DNA of 64,000 nucleotides from Acanthaster planci (Eukaryota): NCBI RefSeq assembly GCF_001949145.1, contig NW_019091355.1, positions 3,888,646 to 3,952,645 of the forward strand, read 5' to 3'. Shown piece by piece: positions 50,182 to 63,322 of this stretch (position 1 is its first letter; each line of letters starts with the position of its first letter). The notes under the pieces were generated by a model. It saw only the letters and a program-made list of their open reading frames with translations, ran no database searches and was not told where the DNA came from. The position numbers and the translations under genes were made by a program.

Positions 50182-53100
50182 ATGACTAATTCCCTCGGTC
50201 TAGTGATCCTCTTCGCCGTGGTGATAATTGCAAAAGGTTTGTGCAACTTGTCATTTGGGTTTATTTTCGGTTTTGGTTTGTTTAAATATGTTGTCGATTG
50301 AAGCGCTTCTCCCTCTGCAACCGAAAATGAACGTGCATCACTTGCACTGTACTATTCCTGGCCCTACAATGTTTTAGACTGATCCCCACAGACGGTTCAC
50401 TGCTTCGACGTCACAAATTTGCGTTTGTGTGTGTTCGTTTTTGGGCATAGTATAATGAACTTGTCTTTACACGTAATTCTAGCACCATACGATACCGTGT
50501 TGGTGAAAAAATTTCTCTGCTTCGCAAATGAAAATAGCATCGCTAGTAAGTTTTCTTTTCAGTGTTAGGCCAAACAAATCTTTTGTCTGTGGTCAGCGCA
50601 CGGAAGTTTTGAAGCATTCGCGTCATTTTTTTCTCTGCGAGAGCTGCAACAGCGCCCTCCATTGCTGCACTGCCTCAACATTTTGCGGGAAGCTCGATCT
50701 TTAAACTCTGGGCAATAGATCCCGACAAGATCGATGTTGATCATTAGCAGACTATAGATACGAAGTTGTCAGCTTAGTGCAGCCTCGTTCCCGTGGGTAC
50801 GATATTGCAGCGCCATGTTGGTTCCCGCCATGCCTCGCGCGATCTAGTGAAGGAACGCGCGCGTTACATGCCTCTTCGACCAATAGGGTGTCGTGATTTG
50901 CCAAATGCACGCGCCCATCAAGCTAAAGAATGTACATGTGCATGCAGTGCCATCCACAGCAATCAGAAGAAATTGTTTTTTTTTCTAAATCGTTCGAAAC
51001 CACATGTTCAAGCTCTGACTGGAATAGCGAAACTGAAGTCTAAGCCGAATCCACTGATTTTGAAAACGCTCTCAGGTGCCACCGCAGTTATGGCTGCACT
51101 ACACCAAATACGTGCCCATAGAAAACAGTGCAAAATAAGACCGAAATAGCGCCGCCTGTCGACTCTTGGGAAGAGCTTGGCCTCCGTTTTTTTCACTGGA
51201 ACTTCAAGATCTTTTCATGGCCAGAAGATAAGTTTTCGTTTCAATTTAATTTACGGGCGTTAGCCACGAATTTTGTTTTATTCACCTTTCCCCGAAGATA
51301 CCCCCAAAATAGTAATAAATCTGTGAGCTCAGGTCTGATTGTAGCCGCTCGTCTCTATCCAAAATAGGTCCGAAATTTGGGGCTTTTTGTAAAATGTCTT
51401 TTTGTAAAACCCCGTGAGATCACAAAATATTAAATGAGCTCTCGCGCAGAGATACAACGATTTGGTGGACTGCACCTTTTAGGGGTCTTATCAGATAAAT
51501 CTGTAATAGAAATCATAATAACATTGGTCTAGTCCCGTGACTCAACAACGTGTACCTGCAATTGTTATCCGACCCTTGGGGAGGGGTAAAAAGCTGCGTC
51601 GCCGTATCAGTTCCGGAGCATTTATGTCGACGGGAGACAATCTTTTTGGGGCTTTTTTCTTAATGCAACATTCGCTCAGCTGCATTATAATGTTGCTGCA
51701 CGTCCGATTTGCACAGCTACACACAAATAAACAGCACATGTTGACCTCTCCAGCGCTAGCAGTCACTTGAACCGATCTCGTTTCTTTTTCCACCAGGAGC
51801 TTATCATCCGGTCGAAGCAGATCAGCCAGAATGGACCCAGCATCAGATATCTCCTCGTGTCAACCTTACCGGAGTGTTCAAAGTGCTAGGTAAGACTTCC
51901 ATCATTCTACACGTATGTTCACGTCCCACCGGCCTGCTGCAACGGATGATTTAATTGGATTGAGCTGCGCATGCTCAGTACCGTTTGGAAGCAAGCCCAG
52001 CCATTTTCCTCGGAAGCAGACGACGCACGGTGAACCGCGTTACAAAACAGGCGCAAAAGCTAGCATTTTTTTCAAAAACATGAAGAATGTGGTTATTTAC
52101 AACCGACGGGAACAATAAAACACTTATGAAGCAAAGGTTTAACAGGCATTTTTAGGTGAAATTTTTTACTAGAAAATGTAAAAAAGTGTATTTACAATAA
52201 CTTTTGATGAAGCTTTGAACCAGAAACCTCCATTTACCACTTCACCTTTAATTGTAATATATTATATGAGAATCGTTTTTCTTGGAAAAAAAAATTGAAC
52301 GCCATAAGATCAAACAACAACGAAAACATATTTCTAAATGCGTTTCATTCGAATGCCTATGCAATTTTACGAGAGAATGGCCCCAGAATGTTTTCGTTTA
52401 CGTAAAAACGGTGGGGGGAAGCCATTTTGATTTCAAACTTGATTCTCGCTATCGAATATTAACTCGAATACTATTTCCCCCAGTGATATACTGTATGTGT
52501 TAAGTTTGAAACCGCAAATGGCATGTATACTTACATTTGGCAGGGATGAAGTTCGTTATATGGTATATGGAGGCGGACCGTATTTGATGAATGGTGTTTA
52601 TGTTCCGTATTTGCTTCAATACAAAAAAACCACCGCTTGTGTGATAATCTGCTTAAAACATGTCAAAACCGGCAATAGCCAGTGGCGATGAGTTCCATGC
52701 AGAACACTATTATTTTCACTGTGAAAAAAGGGTACATGTGGTGTACGGAAACATCTCACAATTATCAGTCTTACCATTATGATGCAGCTTAGCTGTTAAT
52801 GTTGGAGCATCCTTTGCAAAGTTTTTGGGAAAAGAAGTTCTTTTTCTCAATCACATATTCCAGAGCACAGATTTGATATTATATTCTTGTCGATATTCTG
52901 ATCACGGTGCTACGCAGCCCTTCCATAGTTCTCAAGTTGACATTGTTACATCAATATAATTATAATGCATCCACCTGGCGCCCGTACGACAGGATTCTAA
53001 CTCACCGAGTATGCGATATGTGTTGTCTTTACCATCACATTATTGTGTTCAATTTTTTTTTAAACTGAAGGTCGCAAGCTGGAAGAGGGGCTCCCCACCC

Positions 53101-55488
53101 CCGAGAACGGGCAGTTTCTTTGCTTGTATTGCAACATGCTTCTGAGCTTCGTCAAGAACATTTCGACCGACAGGGGGTTTTTGGTGAGTACATGCACATA
53201 ATGGCCTACATGTACATTCGTGCTTGCCTAAGACAAAACTCGCGTAATTTCTGGCGAATCAGTAAATTAATGGCACTAAGTTATCGTTAACAACGTCGAC
53301 ATTATAGCGCATATTTCGACAGTACATTCTCACCTGTGTTGCTTACTTACTGGTGTGACATGTTCGCGTGCTTGAAGTAGGTCTGTTTTGTTCATGCATC
53401 ACTGTTCTGGTGTCATATTGCTCAAACATTGAGGTCAGTGCACACGATCATTTTGTACTTGTTGGACATTACCAGAAAAGTTTGTTATTACCGCGACCGC
53501 CTTACATTTATCGTATTCCTCAAAGTTCAAGTGTAAATTAAAATCTATATCGACTTGATAACTTACCCGTTGACTTTCAACAACGCACGCGCATGCCTCG
53601 AGTTGAACCAAAATTGGGCGCTGTTTTCTTAGCAATGGAGGCTCGCCGTGTCCGAATCAATTGGCTGTGGCTGAAATTACCCCCGAGTCTATGGTAGTCG
53701 CCGCGGTCAGTTCCCATAGAGTCGTGTGTGATTTCAAGCCACAGCCAAGTAATTCAGACACAGCCTAAACTGAACTTCTCTGGTTCACGAACGACCAGGA
53801 AATCGCTACCAATGACCACTCCCAACCAGTATGGCTCTTTCTAACTGACGGGGGGGGGGGGGTACTTCTGCTAAGGCGGATTACACCTCCGTATTAATCC
53901 CTTTCGCTCTCAACCACCTTTTGCCATCGCACTTGGTCAGGCACTGTGGCATATATTGAGGTCAACGATGTATTTGCGCACACTTTGTCAAATAGGCATA
54001 CAGCGTCAAGATGCATGTTTTTGGTAACGATGACGTTACAGAGTCCAAATTCTCCCCAATGTATTGCTTACACAGGACATGTTAGTCAGAACCAACAAGG
54101 AGGCTTGCCACTTCTTAAGTCCGGCAGGCTTCGAAAAGTACTGTGAAGACTATGTGAGAGGAATGCCAAACCTCATTGTAACATTTGTGGACGAATACCT
54201 GGTAAGTCCTTTTCATAATGTGTCCCAATTGGTGTAAGGTTTATACTGTCCCGGATTCACAGTTCTTTTCGGGTCTCAGAGAATACAGGCCACCCACAAT
54301 AGTGCGTCTCCCAGAGTTTGCAACGAAGTTGGCCAATTACATTGCGCAAAATCTGTCGACCCAATGCACGTTTGGTGGACAAGGTCGACAGATTTCGCGC
54401 ATCGCGATTGGCCAACGCATTGCAAACTCTTGGAGGCACACTACTGCGAATCGCCTATATTGCTACGTAATGCTCCTGCAAACTTACTCCTGTGTTGCTC
54501 ACTTCACTGTGCAAACCGTTCAGTTTTATAGGTCAGAGGGGTACCTTCTATGATCATTTCTGAGGTCATACTTACTTTTGGATAATTTGGTTTAAACAAA
54601 ACCTAGGTTTCGAACTACGAGTGCCGCATCTATTTCAACTTTATCGACGCAATATTAACCAAGGAAAATATTGAAATATATGTCACGACTGGTTGCCCTA
54701 TTGTCGCCACCCTTATAACCATGAAGAAAAGACATGAACTAAGATATGAACTAATCCGACTAGATACGCACATTCTTCAGCTTGACGCACGCGTGCATTT
54801 GGCAAATCAGGACGCCCTATTGGCTGAAGAGGCATGTGACGTGCGCGTCAGGCCTACCACCTGTCCACAAGCGTTGTGCCAGTGCAGTAATGGATTTTAT
54901 CTCTGGCTGTCCAGTAAGGAGCACATTATACATACACCAAATATTCTAGAACGCGTACACATTATCCATCAACACTGTGCTCAATGTGCTACGCAACATA
55001 GTCATCCATTCTCATCGCCATCGGGTTCCAAAACATGTCTTAAAACCATTGGAACTGCACGGGCAGTACCCATTTTATGTATATTCCTGGATCGAGAGAA
55101 GCATTTGGGGTAAAATGGCTTTCCCCGGAGTCATAGGTAGGCCTATGTCCAATCGATGGATTCGAAACCCTGACCCCATGGTAGGGAGTTGTACGACCTA
55201 AGAACTATAGGTCACGCGTTCCACTTGAATGCTCCGTTGTTATTATTTGCAAATGTTGCGAAATGCATTTTACACTGCTTTTCGCAACATTTCGCAACTT
55301 TCCCAAATACAATTTAATGTTATTCTATTGTTTGGCCTTCACACGCTGTATGCCCGGGATTTCGAAACTAAAATTGTATGATGGATTTTCTCACTCGACA
55401 GGATCCGGCGAAGAACTGTGCAACGGTGTGCCGTGGTAACTTTGTTCAGAAGATGGAAGGGGCTCAGTCCAAGAAGTTTTGGAAGTAG
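50182..55488 (+). CDS. Secreted saposin-like protein (SAPLIP), copy 3 (most divergent), 157 aa; exons 50182-50236, 51797-51889, 53071-53183, 54076-54201, 55402-55488
   Basis: Spliced translation: MTNSLGLVILFAVVIIAK/GAYHPVEADQPEWTQHQISPRVNLTGVFKVL/GRKLEEGLPTPENGQFLCLYCNMLLSFVKNISTDRGFL/DMLVRTNKEACHFLSPAGFEKYCEDYVRGMPNLIVTFVDEYL/DPAKNCATVCRGNFVQKMEGAQSKKFWK*. GT-AG introns with the same phases, all 6 Cys kept, open frame of 474 nt. Confidence 0.9.
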
Positions 55489-58400
55489 GAACCACTTCCA
55501 TCCAACCCGGAGAAATCGACAACTACGACCTGACAAAAGTTCTTGGTGATATTCAGTTTTGAAACGATTGAAAGTTTAAGAAAGGAAAATATTATTTTTT
55601 GCTACAGCTTGAAGTACCAATCCTCATTGTTTCATTGCTTTGCATTAATAATTGTGCTATTTGGTAGACACCTTGTCATTTAACAAATATCCATTACTTC
55701 ATTGCTTTGCATCAATTAATGTGCTAATTGATAGACAATTGTCCTAAGAGCAGATCTTAGAGAGGCATTCGACACTAGGAAGATATTGGAGGGTCTCCCA
55801 TTAGCGCATTTGGTACCAGAAGGAAACCCAATTGTTTCGTTTTTGTCCGATAGTTTGATAGTGTATTCCCGGGGACCCCCTTATGAGGGTCGCCGGCGCG
55901 AGCCAGTTAGGAAAGAACACAAATTCAAGAAAATAATTCAAACCGGGCATATGCTAATCGTGGTCTCCGGATAAAATATCAAAAATGAGATTATAATTTT
56001 AAGTCTCTGGGAAATATGCAGTTTCTGTAAAGCTAAAAAAATAGGGTTGAAATATTGACAGCAAAAGGCGAGAACAACTGAGCATGCACTGAGTGAACTA
56101 GGTCCCCATGACACTCGATGTTTTAAGAGTTAAGTATAAGAAAACAAAAATAAATACTCACGTGAATTTGGTGGAAAAGCCGAAGGACGGTGGCAACTCA
56201 CACTAAAGAAAATCAGGCTACATACAGTAAATGTCCAATAGTAAGACTCAAAACATGTATATGCAGACCGCCGCCCGGCGAGCTAGAAGTGCCCCCAGCC
56301 AGAGAATTCTTCAAAATGCCTTGCCCACTGGCAGTGCTGGACACATGGGCCATTACAGTACTCCATGTGCATTGAATTAGAGAACATTGAAAAAGCCCAC
56401 TTTATTTATTTATTTTTTTGTTATTTAAGACACTAATCTTGGCCCGGCCCCCAGAAAGAATCCGCTATCACAAAGAACATGCTAATAGCTGAGCGAACTA
56501 TGTACTTTTAGAACTTAAAACGGGTATCTTGGCTTAGCCGCCCCCCCTTGCAAAAAAAGAGTGTTAAACACCCCAAACCTGTGGGCTTTATTTAGTGAAT
56601 AAAACTACACGCAAAGACGTTTTTGTTACAGTGGTTAGAAGTCGGAGGGGTACACTCTAGACTATTTACTGTTACCTAACACATTCCCTAGACGTCTGAA
56701 AAGCATTCCTGAGATTCCGGTAAAACTGTGGCCAACACAAAGGGGGAGGTTCTCTCCATCCCATATCTTGCTTCAAATGTAGTTTGATTGAGTCACGGTG
56801 TCAAAGTTTTACATGAATGTTTGGGAATGTCTCCCTATTAAAGGTATCAATCTCTATTAAGGCCACGTAAAAATCATTAATGACCATCCCCGCCTGACCC
56901 TCCAAATCATTCTGACCCTTTTTTTCAGTTTTCATTAAAAAGGGGGGGGGATATAAAAAAGCGCCGAAAAATTACACGAGAAACGATTCGAAGTTTACCT
57001 TTCGGTCTGAGAATTCGCGCAAGACGAGCTAATTCTCGATCGGAGGCTGTTCCATCTATTCCACACGCGCTAGGAAAGGGCAAAGCTCCCATTCATTTAA
57101 CTTAAGGAAAGGGTGATAACCGGAATTGGAACAGCACCACTGGCAAATCAGACACGGCCGCGTCCGCATTGCTGGCTGCACAAGCATAAAGGGAAACTGA
57201 GCAGGGCTCGACTGTACTGGTAGGCCTATCCTGTATAAACATGCCGGCATTTAAACACAGTTCTTAAAAAAAAAAACTCTCCCCCACCCTCCCTTTTTGG
57301 ACAGAAAGGACAATTTTTTTCGCATGGCCTAAATATTTTAGATGCCTAGACGGTGTTATGCATGTAGAATCATTGTAGCAATTAAGTCTTCTCTTATATT
57401 TTTGAGTGAGGTATCCATTGCAGAATGGTTTAGAGATACACCATAAGCCCCACCTGCATTGCCAGGGTGTATAACCAGAATGCGGATGCCGATCTTAAAC
57501 GTAATTAGAAATGTACGCTAGAGAAGAGAGATAAGCATTCAATAATTAAAATACTGCTGCACATTCTGTAAATTCGGTGAAATTGCTTTTAAAAATTTCT
57601 TTCACGTCTCGTCTTTATGCCGAAACAACGACTCCCTAGCCTGTACGTAGCACCCAACCAAAACGCTATTATAATAATTTATCCACGAAAGGACTGCTGA
57701 ATCAACAGAAATTGCAATCTTTTCAACCTTGTTCCCTGGTCGACAATTAGTGTATGATCGTTGTAGCGCCCAGTCCCCATGATGATACAAAAAAAAAACG
57801 TTTGTTTTGGTGCTTTGCACCACTTTCAGGTTCCCACTGCAGCTGCGGATTTGGACTGAGATGTATTCCATACAACAGGTTGTATTAAGATTGTCATAAC
57901 AATCAAACCGCATTGCCCCCCCGAACGACTTTAGCATGCCCATATCCTTTCTCACACGTAGATTATGAGCAAGCAACACAACTCAAAGTTGTATTTTGCC
58001 GCTTTGCAGAAGAAAGGGCTGCAGGCCAGTAAAAAGGCCACTGCATGGCGGCGGAAGGGGTGAGGGGAGGGGGCGGCAGTGGCCCCCTTCACTTTTTCGA
58101 CTGGGGGGCCTGGCCCCCACCTTTGGCAGGTCCTGTAATTGGTTGGGGTTCAATGCATCGAGCTATTAATGGCTGATGCCAGATAGTCCAACTGCCCCCC
58201 CCACTTTGAAAATCGTTTCGCCGTCGGTGAAAAAGGACCAAACTGCCCGCGCTGACCAAATCACGACCTGCATGCGCTCTCAGATTCTCTGCTTTAGCGG
58301 CATTTTGGTCCGTGAATTGAAGGTGGTATTAATGAAACTGCCGTATCCAGGGGCATGTTTTGGTGACCCGAACCACGAACATGTTTCAGCTTCGGTCATG

Positions 58401-61400
58401 ATTGGTTAAGTGTTTTCGCGATTTGGTTATGCCTCTGTGATGTCGTTGTTCCGACCGAACGCGAACCGAAGGTTGGAGTTGGTTCAACGCCAGTTCAAAA
58501 TGGCGGAAAATAAACAGACAGTTTTTGTCTTTCCTCTGACGAGTGAATTATACATTTCAAAATTTGTTGTTGCATTCAGAGAATCAAAGAGACACTTTCT
58601 TCTAGAACGTACGTGAAAAGAGAGCAGCACTTGACGGTGAGAAACATGGCGAACAATGATTGTACTTCCTTGTGCTTGCCTCTGTCGGATGACGTGACCG
58701 TTTTTGCTTCTTCGTTAAGTTGTGAGCCACCCTCAACGTGTTCCTGGTTACTGCTTTCACGTCACAAACATGTTTTTAGTTAGGGGCCGCCAAAACACGC
58801 CCCTAGTTATGAGTTTCAACACTCCCGACAAACGCGGCTCTTTTCAACCGATGAGGGGGTGCTTCTGCTCGAGGCGGATATATATAGCTCCGCCCTAGAC
58901 GCCATCAACTGCATTCCCTGTTTGCTGCGATATTCGGTAGCTGGTTCGAAGCTTTTCCTAAATCGAAAACTGACAAAGACACGTGAAAAACTATTACCTG
59001 CGTGTTTCATGGCACCCATAGGCTTTTAAAATTGGCGTACAAGGCCCTACCCCTGACACAGTTCTGACTACACAGCCACTCAGAGGCCAATTGACGTTAC
59101 ACATCATACCGTTTAATACCTTGTACCTATTGTAAACGTAAGCTTTCTTTAAACTAGTCAACATAATGCACAAATCAACAAAAGTATGAAAGCTTTATCA
59201 GCTATCCTTAGTTCAGCCATTTCGTGTATTTCACTATCAATACAAAAACCCCGCAGTCTCTTCTTTGGCAGCACGAGCAATTTGATGAAATATAGTTGAG
59301 ATTAACTGTAAGTGAAGTGGTCGGGAAATGTGGAGGGATTAACGCAAGTTTGATGCATCTTGCCTAAATCTTCCAGAGGTCTGGATTGGCGCCCTACCCT
59401 GGGTTTAGCGGTACACTTCAGACTTGGTGTGTGTCGGTGTATGTGTGTGAGGGGGAGGGGTTTAAAACGCATACGGGTAAAGACCATACAGCACTGATTT
59501 TGCGGGCAGCACTGAAGTCAAAATACGGGGATCTGCCCCACGTCTCATGTAAAAGATGCCCAGCTGCGAAGCATCATTTGGCAACCCTATACCAACTAGC
59601 GAACAGCGAATATCGGCATACAGATTCAACGTACTGCTGCCAGCACGCACCCCTCCCCCAACCGACAATGACCTCTAAATTCAGTTCCCTTCACATACTG
59701 TGACTAAGAGTTTTGAAGGCCTACTACTCGCTTGCATTTGACCCTCCGAGTTTGCGCCCCCATTTTCTAAAAATCCTCAATCCGCCCTTGGCATAAATTT
59801 ACGTCTACATAGAGGCTTTGCATGACAGCCATGATGCAGGGCAGTTCTTTTGGTCCACAGGGAAACCTCCTTTGCGCACACCTTGGGAGCAAAAGCACTA
59901 GCCTGCAACATGGCAGCTACGCAAACCCTCTGTGCGACCCTATTCTTTGTATTTGATTATCCCGGAAGGCGACAAGGCAAAGGTGTGAACACTTTAACTC
60001 ACCGTCCCAGGCCGTTCCTGTGCATACATGTAATGGCAAAAAAATCATCCGACAAAATACTGACTTTAAAGTGTTTGCCTTCTTTTTCCCCCAACACAAA
60101 CTCTGGGTATTATGCACATGACCTTTCCGTCTGCTTAAAGTCTCTTTGTTAGGCATTTTAGAAATAACTATTCACAGTTGTAATTAAAAATGTTTGTAAA
60201 TATAGTTCTCACTTGTTTTAAATTTTGAATTCTTTTGTGGAAGCGGCTTTTTAAAACCACAGTAGATTTTTCACACGATAAAAGATGGATTCCTCCCCCC
60301 CTCACACATATACACAAAGAAAAAATGGCAGGTGAGGAATCAAGGAAGCAAGCCGGTTCGAGAAACTAGTTTATTTACTACTCGGTCTACTTTTGTCACA
60401 GAATTAAACAATGCGGCAAGAATTATTTCAGACAAGCAAGATATCACCCTGAATTCACTACCAGCCGGTTGCGAAATGGGGGGGGGGAGGCATGCCCCCC
60501 ATTAGAAATCAGTGAATAATCTCTCAGCTCTGCAGCTGCAGCTTATTTTCTTGCGGTGCCCCCTTGATAACAATGTGTGTAACCCCTGGTTGCTTCACAT
60601 TTACAGCTCTAGTCCACCACAGCTACGTGTCAGCGGAGGATCAAAATATGCCTGTTCCTCGCTCAATGGTCACAGCCATTGGGTGTCTTTCGGACCATAG
60701 AGGAAGGACACAGTTTGGACACTGACCAAGTTTGGAGACCACGCGTTTTCTCGCACAAAAGCATGTGACAGCACAGAAGCTGCGACTCATTCCTCGTCTA
60801 GCCAGAAACCCTGTCGGCGGCTACTCAAGTGAGCGTGGAGTATGATGCAACCGACACGCACTTTTAGAGTAATTGGCACTGATGTCATAAGGCCTGGGAC
60901 ATGGCTTGCTGGGGGCAGGGGGACACTACCCCTCTAGATTAAAAAAAAAGGAAGAAAAAGAAAATGGGGTAAAAAGAATGCCAAAAAACTACAGGCAAAC
61001 AAAAAAGCCGTGTGAAAAACCGCCAAGTTACATGAAAATACCTATCTCTGCCTTCGCGTTCCCCTCCCCCAAATAAATCACGGTGAATTGGGACAACACA
61101 TAGTGGAAATACACTCCTTGTTATGAAGCGACTAGATTGCTGTTTTTTATAACTCGACTCATGATATTAAAAACATCACTGACTGATAACCTTAAAAGCC
61201 ATACATGTGGAAAGGTGCTTAATTACAGGTACATTCAATCCTTTGTCATTTGTGCATGATGTTCCTTTGAGGCAACAAAAGTGCTCAAAATCTACAGACA
61301 GTGCCTTCGAACACCTGTTGGCAACGCAGCCGTTTCACAATAGTGTGCCACCAAGAGTTTGCCACGCGTTGGCCAATCAAAATGCGCGAAAGTTGTCGAC

Positions 61401-61498
61401 CCAATGCGCGTTTAGAAAGGGTCGACAAATTTCGAGCGTTGTGATTGGCCAACGCGTTACAACCTCTTGGAGGCGCCCTATTGTGAAACGGCCGTATT

Positions 61499-61586
61499 TA
61501 TACCCAGCAAGAAATGAGACTGAGGAGTANTGACCAACACAAAGCAGGGGGGGGGGTTCTCTCCGTCTCATACCTTGTTGCATATG
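61499..61586 (+). mobile_element. Same MITE family (collapsed at an N), 8-bp TSD gccgtatt
   Basis: Both termini present; gccgtatt at 61491-61498 and 61587-61594. Confidence 0.85.
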
Positions 61587-62278
61587 GCCGTATTCAGCGC
61601 AGCGAATTGCACCTGAATTCAGTGACTGGGACACGTTCAGTCACCTGCAGCCACCAGGTGTAAGGCGCTGAACCGACGGCTTCTAGTAACCGCACGCGCT
61701 GTCATGTCATGCTTCTAATGGCAATGGTCCAAAAATGCATCCTCACGCATATCGCAGGAAATGACTTTATTTCACTATTTTCTTCGCAATGACAGCTTGA
61801 CAGAGAACAAATTCACATGGAGTTCCGTCCAGTAACTGTCATGAAACCAAGTGTGCTGTCCAACAATAAATTCGTCAGTTACTTTTTGATAACTACCAGT
61901 GGTGGTCTGTACCTTTAAAGCAGATTTCGCTGCATGTGATGAGAGCCTATCCATGGAAGTTTTTTCGGCTCCAAAATCACCACCCCCAATTTTGAATTCT
62001 TTTTTGGTAATAATAAATGTTTGACTTACATTTTTCTTTGTACTACGTTTTACTTATAAAGATGTAAATTCCAGACTCATATTCCTTCCTTTTTGAGGTT
62101 AAGATTACTTTTACAAAATCAGTATGACGTAGAATATAAGATTATTTGCTATGAAAAATCAAACCCTTAATCTTCATTACAAAAAAAATGGAAATTTCAA
62201 TTCTAATTCTGCAGACCCTATGCGATCATTTCAAATGTACATGTACATGTAAAATGATCATTTTTCTACATCTCTTCA

Positions 62279-62463
62279 TATACCCAGCAAGAAATGAGAC
62301 CGAGGGGTACCCTCCCAACATGTCCAATCCCTATACACATTCCAGACTATTGTTACTTAACACATCCCCCAAGATGTCTGAAAGGAATTCCCCAGATCCC
62401 TGCGAGACAATGACCAACACAAAGCAGGGGGGGTTCTCTTCGTCTCATACCTTCCTGCATATG
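62279..62463 (+). mobile_element. Same MITE family, TSD tctcttca/tgtcttca
   Basis: Full-length copy. Older diverged copies at ~15210-15360 (-) and ~56640-56780 (+). Confidence 0.85.
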
Positions 62464-63241
62464 TGTCTTCACGTCCCCCTCGTCTATGATACTCTCCAAT
62501 CATCTCCTGGTTTCCAATTTCCTTAATTTTGCATGATTTGTGCTTTTACTTTCTAATGTATGTTTAGTTTGTGGTTTTTCTGATCAAGAAAACATAGCTA
62601 GAAAAAAAAAATGGAACTTTTTTTGAGGTGAAACTTGCGTGACAGGAACACTGCTAGAGCACAGGGGCATCAAGAAGTTAATATAGTTTCCAGGCCCGGT
62701 GGGTGTGATTGCATAAACAACGCACCTGGGATCTATGTGGCTCAACTGACCTATACCTGTACTTTGAGTAAGAGATTACCACCACAAGACCAGTCACGAG
62801 ACTGATTAAAAAAAAAAACCCAGCCCGGAATGTAAAAGACAGGCTTTTTGAGGCAGTTGATTTGAATAGCTTGTGACTTGTGAACTTTCGTCTGGTCTGT
62901 CTCTTCTGTACGGTGCAGTTCAAAAGATGCTACAGGCAACTGAGACATGCCTGCTGCCATGTTTAGATGCATGAATCTGTAGATTTTTGAAACAGACACT
63001 TTGACGACTTCAAATTTTTCACACTGGTAGTTTCCTTCCTCCACATCTTCCGACTAAACAGAGGAAAGTCTCTTTAGGAATTGCTTCTTGGAGATTATCG
63101 GCAGTCATTGTGTGCTAACGGATCGCTTCATCTACGCTGCACCAAGCTAAGCCGCTGAGCCAATTTTGAAGACAAAACAACTCTTTGCTGTCTAAAATAA
63201 AAGCAAAAAACAAGGACTAGGAATCCAGAAAGCTGTTACTG

Positions 63242-63322
63242 TTAAACTGTGGTGACAATATCTCCAGTGTCAACCTCAGCAGAGGAATCGCTGGGTGGAC
63301 GGATGGCAATCACATCCATGCT
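63242..63322 (-). CDS. Putative terminal coding exon of a convergent host gene (SMDVIAIRPPSDSSAEVDTGDIVTTV*)
   Basis: Strong acceptor tcttttttgtcttccag| on the minus strand. The phase-0 frame gives 26 aa ending in -T-T-V-stop (class I PDZ-binding motif). Upstream exons lie outside the window. The frame is inferred. Confidence 0.5.
   Translation of the reverse strand, partial: SMDVIAIRPPSDSSAEVDTGDIVTTV

Noticed and set aside
57602..57979. 125-aa minus-strand ORF with LLAHNLR (transposase-like?)
   Set aside because: A single weak motif, with no DDE core or supporting structure.
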